From Candidatus Multivoradales bacterium (lineage in GTDB: Bacteria; Acidobacteriota; Thermoanaerobaculia; Multivoradales; Multivoraceae): DNA of 64,000 nt. The notes under the pieces were generated by a model, which did no database searches, was not told the origin of the DNA, and worked only from the letters and a program-made list of their open reading frames with translations. The position numbers and the translations under genes were made by a program. The stretch spans positions 544,001 to 608,000 of the forward strand of contig CBDCWI010000002.1 in assembly GCA_965223325.1 (NCBI GenBank), written 5' to 3'. Shown here in pieces: positions 39,803 to 48,871 of this stretch (positions are counted from its first letter, which is position 1; every line of letters begins with the position of its first letter).

Positions 39803-40936
39803 ATGAAAGTCGCCGACTTCGAACTAGAGCGCTGGCAGTCCGAGTGGGAACACCGGGTCGATATCAACCTCGCCGAGAGCAGTGTCGAAGGCATGCCGCT
39901 GGGCGAGCTGCTGGCGCTGGCGCCTGATCCCGACGGTGCGCGCGAGGCGATGCTCAGGCAACGCCTCGCCTACACGCAGACCAACGGAACCGCGGAGCTG
40001 CGCGAGCTCGTGGCAGCGCTTCACCCCAGTGCCACGATCGACAACGTCCACATCACCAACGGCGGATCGGAGGCGAACTTCACCACCTGCTGGTCGCTGC
40101 TCGAGCCGGGCGACGACATGATCGTCGTGACACCGGTCTACCCGCAGCTTCTCGGATTGGCGGAGGCCTTCGGAGCGCGGCGCATCATCTGTCCGCTCGA
40201 CGAGGACCGGGAGACCGGAGTGTGGTCTCTCGATCTGGACCGGCTCGCGTCACTGGTCACGACCAGCACGCGGGTGGTGGCGATCTGCAACCCTGGCAAC
40301 CCGAGCGCGACCCGTATCGATGAAGCCACTCTCGAGGGGCTTGCGGGACTCGGCGAGCGTCACGGCTTCTGGATCCTCTCCGACGAGCTCTACCGTGGCA
40401 GTGAGCACGACGGTGTCGTAACCCCGTCGATGTGGGGTCGCACCGAGCGCGTCGTCGTCGTCGGTGGCCTGTCGAAGGCCTACGGCCTGGCTGGGCTACG
40501 CCTCGGTTGGACGGTCACGCCGGCCGCGCAGGCGGCGGAGACATGGCGTCGGCGCGACTACACCACCATCGCGCCAACGGCACTCGGGGATCATCTCGCG
40601 CGCATCGCCCTCGACCCGGCCGTTCGCCCTCGACTCATCGAGCGAACGAGGGGGCTGGCGGTCGAAGGCCTCGAGACTCTGCGTCAGTGGAACGGAGCTG
40701 ACGGTCCGCTTCGCTTCCCCGCTCCCGACGCCGGTGCCTTCGTCTTCGCCCACTACCAGGCCTTCGAACGCGGCGTCGACTCACGGAGGGTCGCGCAGCA
40801 GGCACTTGAGGACCACAGCGTGCTGGTCGTACCGGGCGCACACTTCGGCCACGAAGGCCGTCTACGAATCGGAACCGGCTTCGGCGCCGCGAACCTCCTC
40901 TCGGCGCTCGATCGCATCACTCCCCTTCTCACCTGA
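39803..40936 (+). CDS. Class I/II aminotransferase
   Basis: FELERWQS, NLAESSV, CNPGNP, DELY, LSKAYGLAGLRLGW. Confidence 0.88.
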   Translation: MKVADFELERWQSEWEHRVDINLAESSVEGMPLGELLALAPDPDGAREAMLRQRLAYTQTNGTAELRELVAALHPSATIDNVHITNGGSEANFTTCWSLLEPGDDMIVVTPVYPQLLGLAEAFGARRIICPLDEDRETGVWSLDLDRLASLVTTSTRVVAICNPGNPSATRIDEATLEGLAGLGERHGFWILSDELYRGSEHDGVVTPSMWGRTERVVVVGGLSKAYGLAGLRLGWTVTPAAQAAETWRRRDYTTIAPTALGDHLARIALDPAVRPRLIERTRGLAVEGLETLRQWNGADGPLRFPAPDAGAFVFAHYQAFERGVDSRRVAQQALEDHSVLVVPGAHFGHEGRLRIGTGFGAANLLSALDRITPLLT

Positions 40937-40988
40937 CGGCGATCCACCCGGCGTCGCGCGAGCGGCCCAGCCACGTCCAGGGAGCCCC

Positions 40989-41468
40989 ATGGATTCCAAG
41001 ACCTACCGCAACCTCATCGGTCAATTCGCGACCGGCGTCACCGTCATCACCAGCAACGTCGACGGTTGCCTCCATGGCATGACCGCGAGCGCCGTCGCCT
41101 CGGTCTCGCTCGACCCCATTCTGCTTCTCGTGTGCGTCGACCATGGCTCGAACTGCTACCAACAGTTGGCGCGAGCCACGCACTTCGGTGTCAACGTGTT
41201 GCGGGAGGGCCAGGACGCCGTCTCCAACAAGTTCGCCACCAGACACGATCCCGAACGCAACGCGCTCGCCGAAGGCGTCGAGTTCGAAGTCGGTCACGCC
41301 GGCGTACCACTCCTGGCCGACTGCCTCGTCCGCTTCGTCTGCCGCACCACCCAGCGCCAAGTAGCCGGCGACCACACCATCTTCATAGGCGAAGTCCAAA
41401 CCGGCGACTCCGTCACCAACGACGCCCCCCTCATCTACTGGAACGCCGCCTACCACTCCCTAACCTAG
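40989..41468 (+). CDS. Flavin reductase family protein
   Basis: FATGVTVIT, HGMTA, SVSLDP.LLLVC, GDHTIFIGEV. Confidence 0.9.
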   Translation: MDSKTYRNLIGQFATGVTVITSNVDGCLHGMTASAVASVSLDPILLLVCVDHGSNCYQQLARATHFGVNVLREGQDAVSNKFATRHDPERNALAEGVEFEVGHAGVPLLADCLVRFVCRTTQRQVAGDHTIFIGEVQTGDSVTNDAPLIYWNAAYHSLT

Positions 41469-41471
41469 AAA

Positions 41472-41553
41472 GTGTCTGACACCTTCTGCCTTCCTTCTGC
41501 CTTCTGCTCCTTCTCGGTAGGCGCTAGAAGGGGCGCCAGAAGGTGTCGGACAT
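41472..41553. repeat. REP-like palindromes left of the RAYT gene (GTGTCTGACAC 41472; variant GTGTCGGACAT 41543)
   Basis: Same 11-mer as at 24.3-24.7 kb and 42.8 kb. Confidence 0.75.
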
Positions 41554-41608
41554 CTTTGTGGCACCAGGGATGTAACAGTCGCGGCCCGGTTCGTAACTAC
41601 CCGACGAC

Positions 41609-42568
41609 ATGGGCCATCCACTCTGCTACGTACCGCCCGATGAGTCGGGCTGGCGAGTCGTCGAAGTCACTGCTCGAACCCATCGGGGCGCCTTCTTGCT
41701 GCGTCCCTCAGCGCAGCTTTGTGACCGCGTCATCGGCATTCTCGGGCGCGCACAGCGCGCCACGGAGGTGCGCATCTACCAATTCACCTATCTCTCGAAC
41801 CATCTGCACATGCTCCTCGGCGTACGAGACGGTCAGCAGTGCGCAGCCTTCATGCAGAGGGTCCAGGCCCAAACCAGCGTCGAGCTGCGCCACCTGGTGT
41901 CCTGGCGCGGGCCCGTGTGGCAGGGGCGCTACAAGAGGACTGTTCTGAGCCACGAGGCAGCAAACCTGACGCGCAGAATGCGGTACCTGCTGGCTCAGGG
42001 CTGCAAGGAGGGGCTGGTCGACTCCCCGCTTGACTGGCCTGGGCCGAGCTCCTCGCGGTCGCTCTGCGCGGCCGATTTCGAGTTGACTGGCAGCTGGATC
42101 GACCGCACCCGCATGTGCCGGGCGCCGAAGCATCAGCTCGGCGCCATGAGTCCGGCGGAAGATGACTTTCGAGAGGCGGAAACCGTGCACCTTTCGAAAC
42201 TCCCGGGGTTCGACCACCTCAGCGATGAAGCCTACGCAACCTGGGTGAAGAGCCTTGTCGAAGACATCGAACAAGCAACCGCCGCCATGCATCGCGCAGC
42301 GGGAACCCGACCCATGGGTGTGACCAGGGCCCTCCGAGCTCGACCGCATCATGTTCCCCGAAGGGTCGCCTGGGGACCGAGACCACGCGTCGTCGCGTCG
42401 AGCCGCCGTGAGCGCGAGCGCCTGATGGAAGCCCTCAGCATGGTGGTCGGCGCCTATCGGCGTGCGTGTAAGAAACGAGATGGAACCGACGGGGCGGTGA
42501 AGTTCCCGGAGGGAACATTCCCGAGCGCCCGCCGCTTCGTTCCCTCCCGAGACGGGCCGATGGCCTGA
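41609..42568 (+). mobile_element. REP-associated tyrosine (HUH/Y1) transposase, RAYT-like
   Basis: EVTART, SNHLHML (HUH), VWQGRY, RY...Q..KEGLV..P.DWPG.SS (catalytic Tyr region). Confidence 0.85.
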
Positions 42569-42777
42569 GGCTGGTCGGGACAGAGGAGGTCACTTCGTTG
42601 GCGCGTGTCCGGAGACGCCTCCGAGCGGAGCACCAGTCTTCAGCGCCATTCGTGCGCCCACCGTGCGCGTCGGAGGGCAATGATCGGCTGTCAGCCCATC
42701 ACAGGGAGAGAGAACCGGCCCCCAAGACCGCCCACGACGACCCGAGCCGCGAGTTCGAAGGCAGTGCCGCCGAAGAT

Positions 42778-42859
42778 GCGCCGAAAGCGCCAAAAGTGTC
42801 TGACACCTTCTTCACGACGCCTGGCCGCGCGCCGAAAGCGCCGAAAGTGTCTGACACCT
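42778..42859. repeat. REP-like palindromes right of the RAYT gene (GTGTCTGACAC 42796, 42847)
   Basis: Two copies with 51-bp period, each preceded by (GCGCCRAAA)x2. Confidence 0.8.
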
Positions 42860-42865
42860 ACTCGC

Positions 42866-45115
42866 TTACTCGATGGGGGTGGGGGGGCGGTTGTTGCGGA
42901 ACCAGCGCTTGCGGGGTGGTAGGTAGCCGCGGCGGAAGTATTCTTGGCGGCTGCCACGACGGTCGTTGCCCACGAGGAGACCGCTTTCTGGTTCAATTGA
43001 GCGCACGACGACTCTGGGGGGGCGGGCGGGGGCCACCAGGTCGCGAGTCGCGTCGACTCGACGGGCTACTTCTGCCCAAATGGGCCCGGCTGTCGACGCG
43101 CCACCGATGCCGCTGCCGCGACCGTCGTCGGCGCCGATCCAGGCAACGATGACGATGTTGCCAACGCCGCCAACGACCCAGGCATCGCGACCGTTCGACG
43201 ACGTGCCGGTCTTGGCGAACGCCCGGCCCGACATTCCATCGCCGCCGAGCAGCCGACGGGCTGGCTCGCGTAAGACTTCGGTGACCATCCACGCGGTCGT
43301 CGCGCGAGCGACACGTTCGCTGTCGCGGACCTCCCCACCGACGCGACGACCGCCCGGCAGCACGAGGCCACGAATCGCGTGCGGCTCGCGGCGCACTCCA
43401 CCCCCAGCAAGCGCACCGTAGGCGCGGGCGAGATCGACCGGCGTCACCTCGACGGCACCCAGGACGAATGCCGGCGGAACCGGCCTCGGTAGCTGGAGCC
43501 CCGCACGCTCGAAACGATCGGCCACCGCATCGAACGAGCACCAGCGCGCCAGGCGGACAAACGGCACGTTGAGAGATCGCTCGGTGGCCTCACGCAGGGT
43601 GACGAATCCCCGGTGGCGGCCGTCAGGGTTGCGCGGCGACCACGGCTTCGGCTCGAGCTCGATCGTCACCGCGCGATCCGAAACCCGGCGCGCTGGATAG
43701 ACCGGTTTCTGCCGCCCGCAGCGTTCGAAGGCTTCGAGCAGAACGAGCGGCTTGACGGTTGACCCGGGCTGCCGTTTCGACTTGCGCGCCCGGTCGTAGG
43801 AGTCGCCCCCGGACCCCGGACGCCCACCGACCCAGGCCAGCACCCGGCCCGTCTCCGCCTCCATCACGACCACCGAGGCGTTTGCCTGACGGACGCTTTT
43901 CAACCCACGGGTGACAGCCGCCTCGGCCTTCTCTTGCAGCCATGGATCGACCGTAGTCTCGAAGACCAGGCCGCGCCCCGCGTCGGCCCGCGACGGCGCA
44001 CGTTGCTCCCCGCGCTCGGCCAACCAGTCCAGCAGATACCGCGGTCCCGCGGCCTCCGGCCTTCGCACCTGCGCTCTGGGAAGACCACGGCGACGCTCGC
44101 GCGCAACGGCCGCGGCCGACGCCCAGCCTTCTTCCTCCATTGCCGCTAAGACCTGGCGCTGCCGATTGACCAGGCGGTCCGTCGGGCGGTCGGGGTGCAT
44201 CGCGTTGGGCCCCTGCACCATGGCGGCCAAGGTCGCCGCCTCACCGAGATCGAGCTCACGCGCCGACTTGCCAAACCACGCCCGCGCCCCAGCCTCCATG
44301 CCATAGATATTGACCGCGCCCAGATGCCCCATGAAGACATGGTTCAGGTAAGCCTCGAGGATCTCCTCCTTGTCGTGCTCTGCTTCCAGCGAAACAGCCC
44401 GCACCGCCTCCGACACCTTGCGACCGACGGTGCGCTTCGCGGTGAGCTCACGCATCTTGATCAACTGCTGGGTGATGGTGCTGCCGCCTTCCGAGATACG
44501 CCCGCGTTTCAGGTTGGCGAGCAACGCCCGCGCGACCGATCGGCCATCGACGCCCACATGATCGAAGAACCGCCTGTCTTCGATCGCCAGGACCGCACGC
44601 CAAACATGCTCCGGCAGAGAATCGAGTGACACCGGGTGGCGAGCGGCGCGATCGGGCCGCAGACTCTCGGCGAGCAGCTGCGGCTCGAGGACGCCCCACT
44701 CCGGAGCCTCGACCCCTGACAGCGGGTCACCCGCCTCGTCGAGAAAACTCCTCAATCGAACCGGCGAGCCACTGACACCGAGACCAAAGAGGCGCGGTGC
44801 GTAGTCGTCACCGCCATACTGAAAGCCGCGGCGGAAGATCCAGAAGCGTTCATGACCCCAGAAGTACTGCCCCGGACGGTCGGGCCGTCGCCCCCGCACC
44901 CGCTCGTAGCCCAATCGTTCGAGACGTTCAGGAATCCCCGCGGCAACCAGCTCGCTCCCGAGCGCCAGGCGGTAGGGGGCGCTCCATACCCGTGTCTCCG
45001 AGCGCCCGACGTCACGCTCGAGCTCCCCAGCATCGACACGCGCTGCAACGAGAAGCAGCACACCGCCCACAACCGCGTGCCCGATCCGCCCGGCCACCCA
45101 CCGAAGGTCCACCAC
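42866..45115 (-). CDS. mrcB: Class A penicillin-binding protein (PBP1B-like transglycosylase/transpeptidase)
   Basis: EDRRF, GGSTITQQL, RK..E, KEEILEAYLN; STVK, SLN, KTG. Start is approximate; the ORF-track extension overlaps the STAS gene. Confidence 0.85.
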   Translation of the reverse strand: MVDLRWVAGRIGHAVVGGVLLLVAARVDAGELERDVGRSETRVWSAPYRLALGSELVAAGIPERLERLGYERVRGRRPDRPGQYFWGHERFWIFRRGFQYGGDDYAPRLFGLGVSGSPVRLRSFLDEAGDPLSGVEAPEWGVLEPQLLAESLRPDRAARHPVSLDSLPEHVWRAVLAIEDRRFFDHVGVDGRSVARALLANLKRGRISEGGSTITQQLIKMRELTAKRTVGRKVSEAVRAVSLEAEHDKEEILEAYLNHVFMGHLGAVNIYGMEAGARAWFGKSARELDLGEAATLAAMVQGPNAMHPDRPTDRLVNRQRQVLAAMEEEGWASAAAVARERRRGLPRAQVRRPEAAGPRYLLDWLAERGEQRAPSRADAGRGLVFETTVDPWLQEKAEAAVTRGLKSVRQANASVVVMEAETGRVLAWVGGRPGSGGDSYDRARKSKRQPGSTVKPLVLLEAFERCGRQKPVYPARRVSDRAVTIELEPKPWSPRNPDGRHRGFVTLREATERSLNVPFVRLARWCSFDAVADRFERAGLQLPRPVPPAFVLGAVEVTPVDLARAYGALAGGGVRREPHAIRGLVLPGGRRVGGEVRDSERVARATTAWMVTEVLREPARRLLGGDGMSGRAFAKTGTSSNGRDAWVVGGVGNIVIVAWIGADDGRGSGIGGASTAGPIWAEVARRVDATRDLVAPARPPRVVVRSIEPESGLLVGNDRRGSRQEYFRRGYLPPRKRWFRNNRPPTPIE

Positions 45116-45137
45116 CCTCAAGCGAGCGCCACCGCCG

Positions 45138-45485
45138 TCAGGAGAACGACGCGATCGCCGACGACTCGTCGTCGAAGACCTTGAACATCGGCAGGATGTG
45201 CGCCATGCGCAAGACCCTGCCGGCACGATTGCTCTCGTCGGTTGAGCGAATGATCTTGAGGGACGCTCCGAGTTCCTCGGACACCCGCAGGCTTGCCACC
45301 AGTTCCCCAACCCCTGAGGAGTCGATCGACGAAACCTGGGACAGGTTGATCAAGAGCTTCTTGCACTGGTCTGAGAGCAAATCGTTGACGGCATCGCGCA
45401 GCTGCGCATCGCCGGTACCAGCGACCAACTTCCCCTGCAGGTCGATAATTCCGACCCCATCCATCTTCCGGACATCTACTTGCAT
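45138..45485 (-). CDS. STAS domain anti-sigma factor antagonist
   Basis: LLINLSQVSSIDSSGVGELV, E..AIASF. Confidence 0.9.
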   Translation of the reverse strand: MQVDVRKMDGVGIIDLQGKLVAGTGDAQLRDAVNDLLSDQCKKLLINLSQVSSIDSSGVGELVASLRVSEELGASLKIIRSTDESNRAGRVLRMAHILPMFKVFDDESSAIASFS

Positions 45486-45663
45486 GACAGGCGGATTCTA
45501 GCAGCTGATAGAACCGCACCATAGTGTTTCCACGGCAGTCCTTCGTCACGCCGTTCGTCATTCAGCACCCGCCAGCGACCGTCTGTGGCAAGATCGACCC
45601 CAACGACACCAAGCCGTGGACCCGACGACTTCCCTCCCACTCCTTCCTTCGAGGAATCGCTTC

Positions 45664-46311
45664 ATGCCTCATCGACCACGCGCTGCACAGAAAGTCCGCA
45701 GCACCGCGTTCGCGCTGGCGCTCGCCGGTTCGACCCTCACCGGCATCGCGACCGCAGCAGCCGGCACCGAAGACCGTGGCGTCGCCGACTCGGCCAAACA
45801 GGTGCAGCCACTCCTGGTAGGCGCTTCGGTTCCCGACACCACTTTGCTTTCGACCGATGGTGTCGAGACCTCGTTGCACCAGCAGGTCAAGGGTCGCCAC
45901 AGCATCCTGATCTTCTATCGCGGAGGTTGGTGACCGTTCTGCAACGCGCAGCTGGGTCAGCTGCAATCGATTGAGAACGAGCTCACCGAACTGGGATGGC
46001 AGCTCCTCGCCATTTCGCCGGACTCGAGAGAGAGCCTCCAACCAACCGTGGCGAAGAACGAACTCGCCTACTCGATCTACTCCGACCCGAACGCCGACAC
46101 CGCGAAGGCGTTTGGTCTTGCATTCACCGCCCCCGAGGCCTACAACAAGATGCTCGAGAAAGCATCGGGGCAGGACCACCACGTGATCCCGGTGCCGGCG
46201 GTCTACCTGGTCTCGCCGGAGGGCAAGGTGGTGTTCGTTTACACCAACCCCGACTACAAGGTGCGGCTCGAGCCGGCGATCCTTCTTGCCGCCGCCAAGG
46301 CCCTGAAGTAG
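45664..46311 (+). CDS. Secreted AhpC/TSA peroxiredoxin-like selenoprotein (UPFC; Sec TGA at 45931-45933)
   Basis: FYRGGW-TGA-PFCN.QL continues in frame through LLAISPD, IYSD, IPVPAVYLV, NPDYKVRL into ORF 46048-46311; signal peptide; SECIS-like hairpin downstream of the TGA. Confidence 0.88.
45948..45964 (+). promoter_or_regulatory. Putative bacterial SECIS element
   Basis: GCAGCTG-GGT-CAGCTGC perfect 7-bp stem; G-initial loop about 21 nt after the UGA. Confidence 0.75.
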
Positions 46312-46413
46312 CCCGGCCCACCTCCAGCCTCAGTGTTTCGTTGGACAGTCCCGCCCGCCCCGTTCTAGGGTGGCGGGCAAGATCCCGCAACTCAAACTGA
46401 CTTCGGAGGCACC

Positions 46414-48093
46414 ATGCCGAAAAGCGTTCACGCCCTCTTTCTTCGCCGAGGCTCCGGTGCCCACCGTCATGCGCTGCGATTCCTCCTGGTCAGCGCGCTC
46501 TCGATCTTTGCCTGCTTGGGCTGCGAACCGGCGGGGGATCTGGGCGACGAGGAAGCTGCAAAGGCAAATGCCACCGAACAAGAAGCCGGACCGCCCGGGG
46601 GGCCGCCGGCGTGGATCCTCCAGGCAAAACAGCAGCCCCGAGGGTTGATCACCAGCACGCCAGACGCCGCACCCGGCTATCTCCTCTTCTCGACCTTTTC
46701 TCACAGCGCGACCTTCCTGGTCGATACCGCCGGGCAAGTCGTCCACACCTGGGACAGCGACCGATCGGGCTCCTCGAACTACCTCCAGGACGACGGCTCC
46801 CTGATTCGCATTTCGGGGCTCGACAACCCACCAAACTTTCACTCCGGCGGCGTCGCTGGTCATGTCGAGCAGGTCTCCTGGGATGGTGAGCTCCTCTGGC
46901 GCTGGCACTACGCCGACGAAGATAAGATCAACCACCACGACATCGAACCGCTCCCGAACGGCAACCTGCTGGTCATTGCCTGGGAACAGAAGACCGCTCG
47001 AGAAGCCCTCGCCGCCGGCCGCCGCGCCGACCTGGTCGGCAGCAAAGGCATCTGGTCTGAGGTTCTACTCGAAATCGAACCGCTGCCACCTGACGACGCG
47101 CGCATCGTTTGGGAATGGCGCATCTGGGACCACCTCGTGCAGGACATAGACCCTGAGGCCCCGAACTTCGGCGACCCTCGTGCCCATCCCCATCGCCTCG
47201 ACCTCAACGTTGACGCCGATCACGAGGCCATCGACGAAGAGGAACTCGAGCAACTCAAAGCACTCGGCTACGTTCCCGACGACGCCGACATGGACGACAT
47301 CGCCGCAGACTTCCTTCACATGAACAGTGTCGACTACAACGCAGCACTCGATCAGATCCTCCTGAGCATTCCCGAGGTCGACGAGATCTGGATCATCGAC
47401 CACTCGACCACCACAGCCGAGGCGGCCACCAGCTCTGGTGGCCGCTACGGTCGCGGCGGTGATCTGCTCTATCGCTGGGGCAACCCGGCCGCCTACGGCC
47501 GCGGAGACGAGAGCGACATTCAACTCTTCTACCAGCATGAAGCCACCTGGATCAGGGACGGCTCGCCCGGCGCCGGCAACGTCCTACTCTTCAACAACGG
47601 CCGCGACCGGCCCGATCCCGGCTGGTCTACCGTCGACGAGCTCACCCTTCCGGTCGCTGCCGACGGGTCCTACCCTTTGCCCGAGAACGGACCGTGGGGA
47701 CCTCCGGCACCCGCCTGGACCTTTGGCGGCCCGGACCGCCCCGAGTTCTTTGCCGAGTTCGTCTCCGGCGCGCGTCGCCTCCCGAACGGCAACACCTTCA
47801 TCTGCTCGGGCCCGCAAGGGGTCTACTGGGAGGTCACCCCCGACGGTGAAACCGTGTGGGAATACCGCAACCCATTCCACGGCGACTCCACTTCCTGGAC
47901 GCCTCCCGGCACCACCGAGACGTTTCCCTACGGCTCGTTCCGGGCGCACAAGATCGCCCCCGACCACCCCGGCCTAGAGAACCGCAGCTTGCAACCTCTA
48001 GAGGAACAACCTGCCACCTGGACGCCGCATCCGCGTCCCGCCGGACCTCCCGGGGCGCCAGAGGAACAAGCGGCGGCGAACGCCGATGCGTAG
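46414..48093 (+). CDS. Arylsulfotransferase (ASST) family lipoprotein
   Basis: CLGC lipobox-like, NHHDIEPLPNGN.L, DFLHMNSVDY, YRWGNP, QH.A, SGA.RLPNGNT.I. Confidence 0.85.
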   Translation: MPKSVHALFLRRGSGAHRHALRFLLVSALSIFACLGCEPAGDLGDEEAAKANATEQEAGPPGGPPAWILQAKQQPRGLITSTPDAAPGYLLFSTFSHSATFLVDTAGQVVHTWDSDRSGSSNYLQDDGSLIRISGLDNPPNFHSGGVAGHVEQVSWDGELLWRWHYADEDKINHHDIEPLPNGNLLVIAWEQKTAREALAAGRRADLVGSKGIWSEVLLEIEPLPPDDARIVWEWRIWDHLVQDIDPEAPNFGDPRAHPHRLDLNVDADHEAIDEEELEQLKALGYVPDDADMDDIAADFLHMNSVDYNAALDQILLSIPEVDEIWIIDHSTTTAEAATSSGGRYGRGGDLLYRWGNPAAYGRGDESDIQLFYQHEATWIRDGSPGAGNVLLFNNGRDRPDPGWSTVDELTLPVAADGSYPLPENGPWGPPAPAWTFGGPDRPEFFAEFVSGARRLPNGNTFICSGPQGVYWEVTPDGETVWEYRNPFHGDSTSWTPPGTTETFPYGSFRAHKIAPDHPGLENRSLQPLEEQPATWTPHPRPAGPPGAPEEQAAANADA

Positions 48094-48412
48094 GTACCAC
48101 CACATGGGTATCCCGACCAAAGAGCGGCTCCCAGACGAGGTCCACCTCGAGCACCTCAAGGTCTACGTCAGCGGCTACCGCGAGAGCGAGTTCAACATCG
48201 AGTGGATGCGCTACGAAAACGACGCGCCCTACCCCGAGCTCGTCAAGACCGTTCCCCATGTCGCCTTCGAGGTCGATGACCTGGAGGCAGCGATCGCGGG
48301 CAGAAAGGTGATCATCGAACCCAACAGCCCCAGCCCAGGAGTGCGGGTGGCAATGATCGAAGACAACGGTGCGCCGATCGAGTTCCTCGAGATCGACGAC
48401 ACCGTAAGGTAG
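48086..48412 (+). CDS. VOC/glyoxalase-like protein
   Basis: YHHMGIPT, PHVAFEVDDL, GAPIEFLE. Confidence 0.8.
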   Translation: MRRYHHMGIPTKERLPDEVHLEHLKVYVSGYRESEFNIEWMRYENDAPYPELVKTVPHVAFEVDDLEAAIAGRKVIIEPNSPSPGVRVAMIEDNGAPIEFLEIDDTVR

Positions 48413-48871
48413 CGAGGGGCGTGGTACGAACGCCCACCTCGACCCCGTCAACCGGCACCCACCACTGACCGCGGGAACGATGAAGGCACGGTCGGCCTGA
48501 CCGGGAGCGGTCCTGAGCCTTCTACAGTCCCTTCATCGAAGGATTCCGCGGCGCGCGACGGAAGACCGCAGTCTCAGGTCGAATGTGCAGGGCGACCGCC
48601 GTCGAACCAGGCTCGCGCTACGGACCGCCTGCGCCGCAAGAGTGACGGTAGCGAGGGGCGTGGTACGAACGCCCACCTCGACCCCGTCAACCGGCACCCA
48701 CCAGCGACCGCGGGAACGATGAAGGCACGGTCGGGCCTGACCGGGAGCGGTCCTGAGCCTTCTACAGTCCCTTCATCGAAGGATTCCGCGGCGCGCGACG
48801 GAAGACCGCAGTCTCAGGTCGAATGTGCAGGGCGACCGCCGTCGAACCAGGCTCGCGCTACGGACCGCTTG

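Noticed and set aside
41609-42568. Classical IS200/IS605 element
   Set aside because: No tnpB, the protein is longer than TnpA, and it is flanked by dispersed palindromes, which fits a RAYT better.
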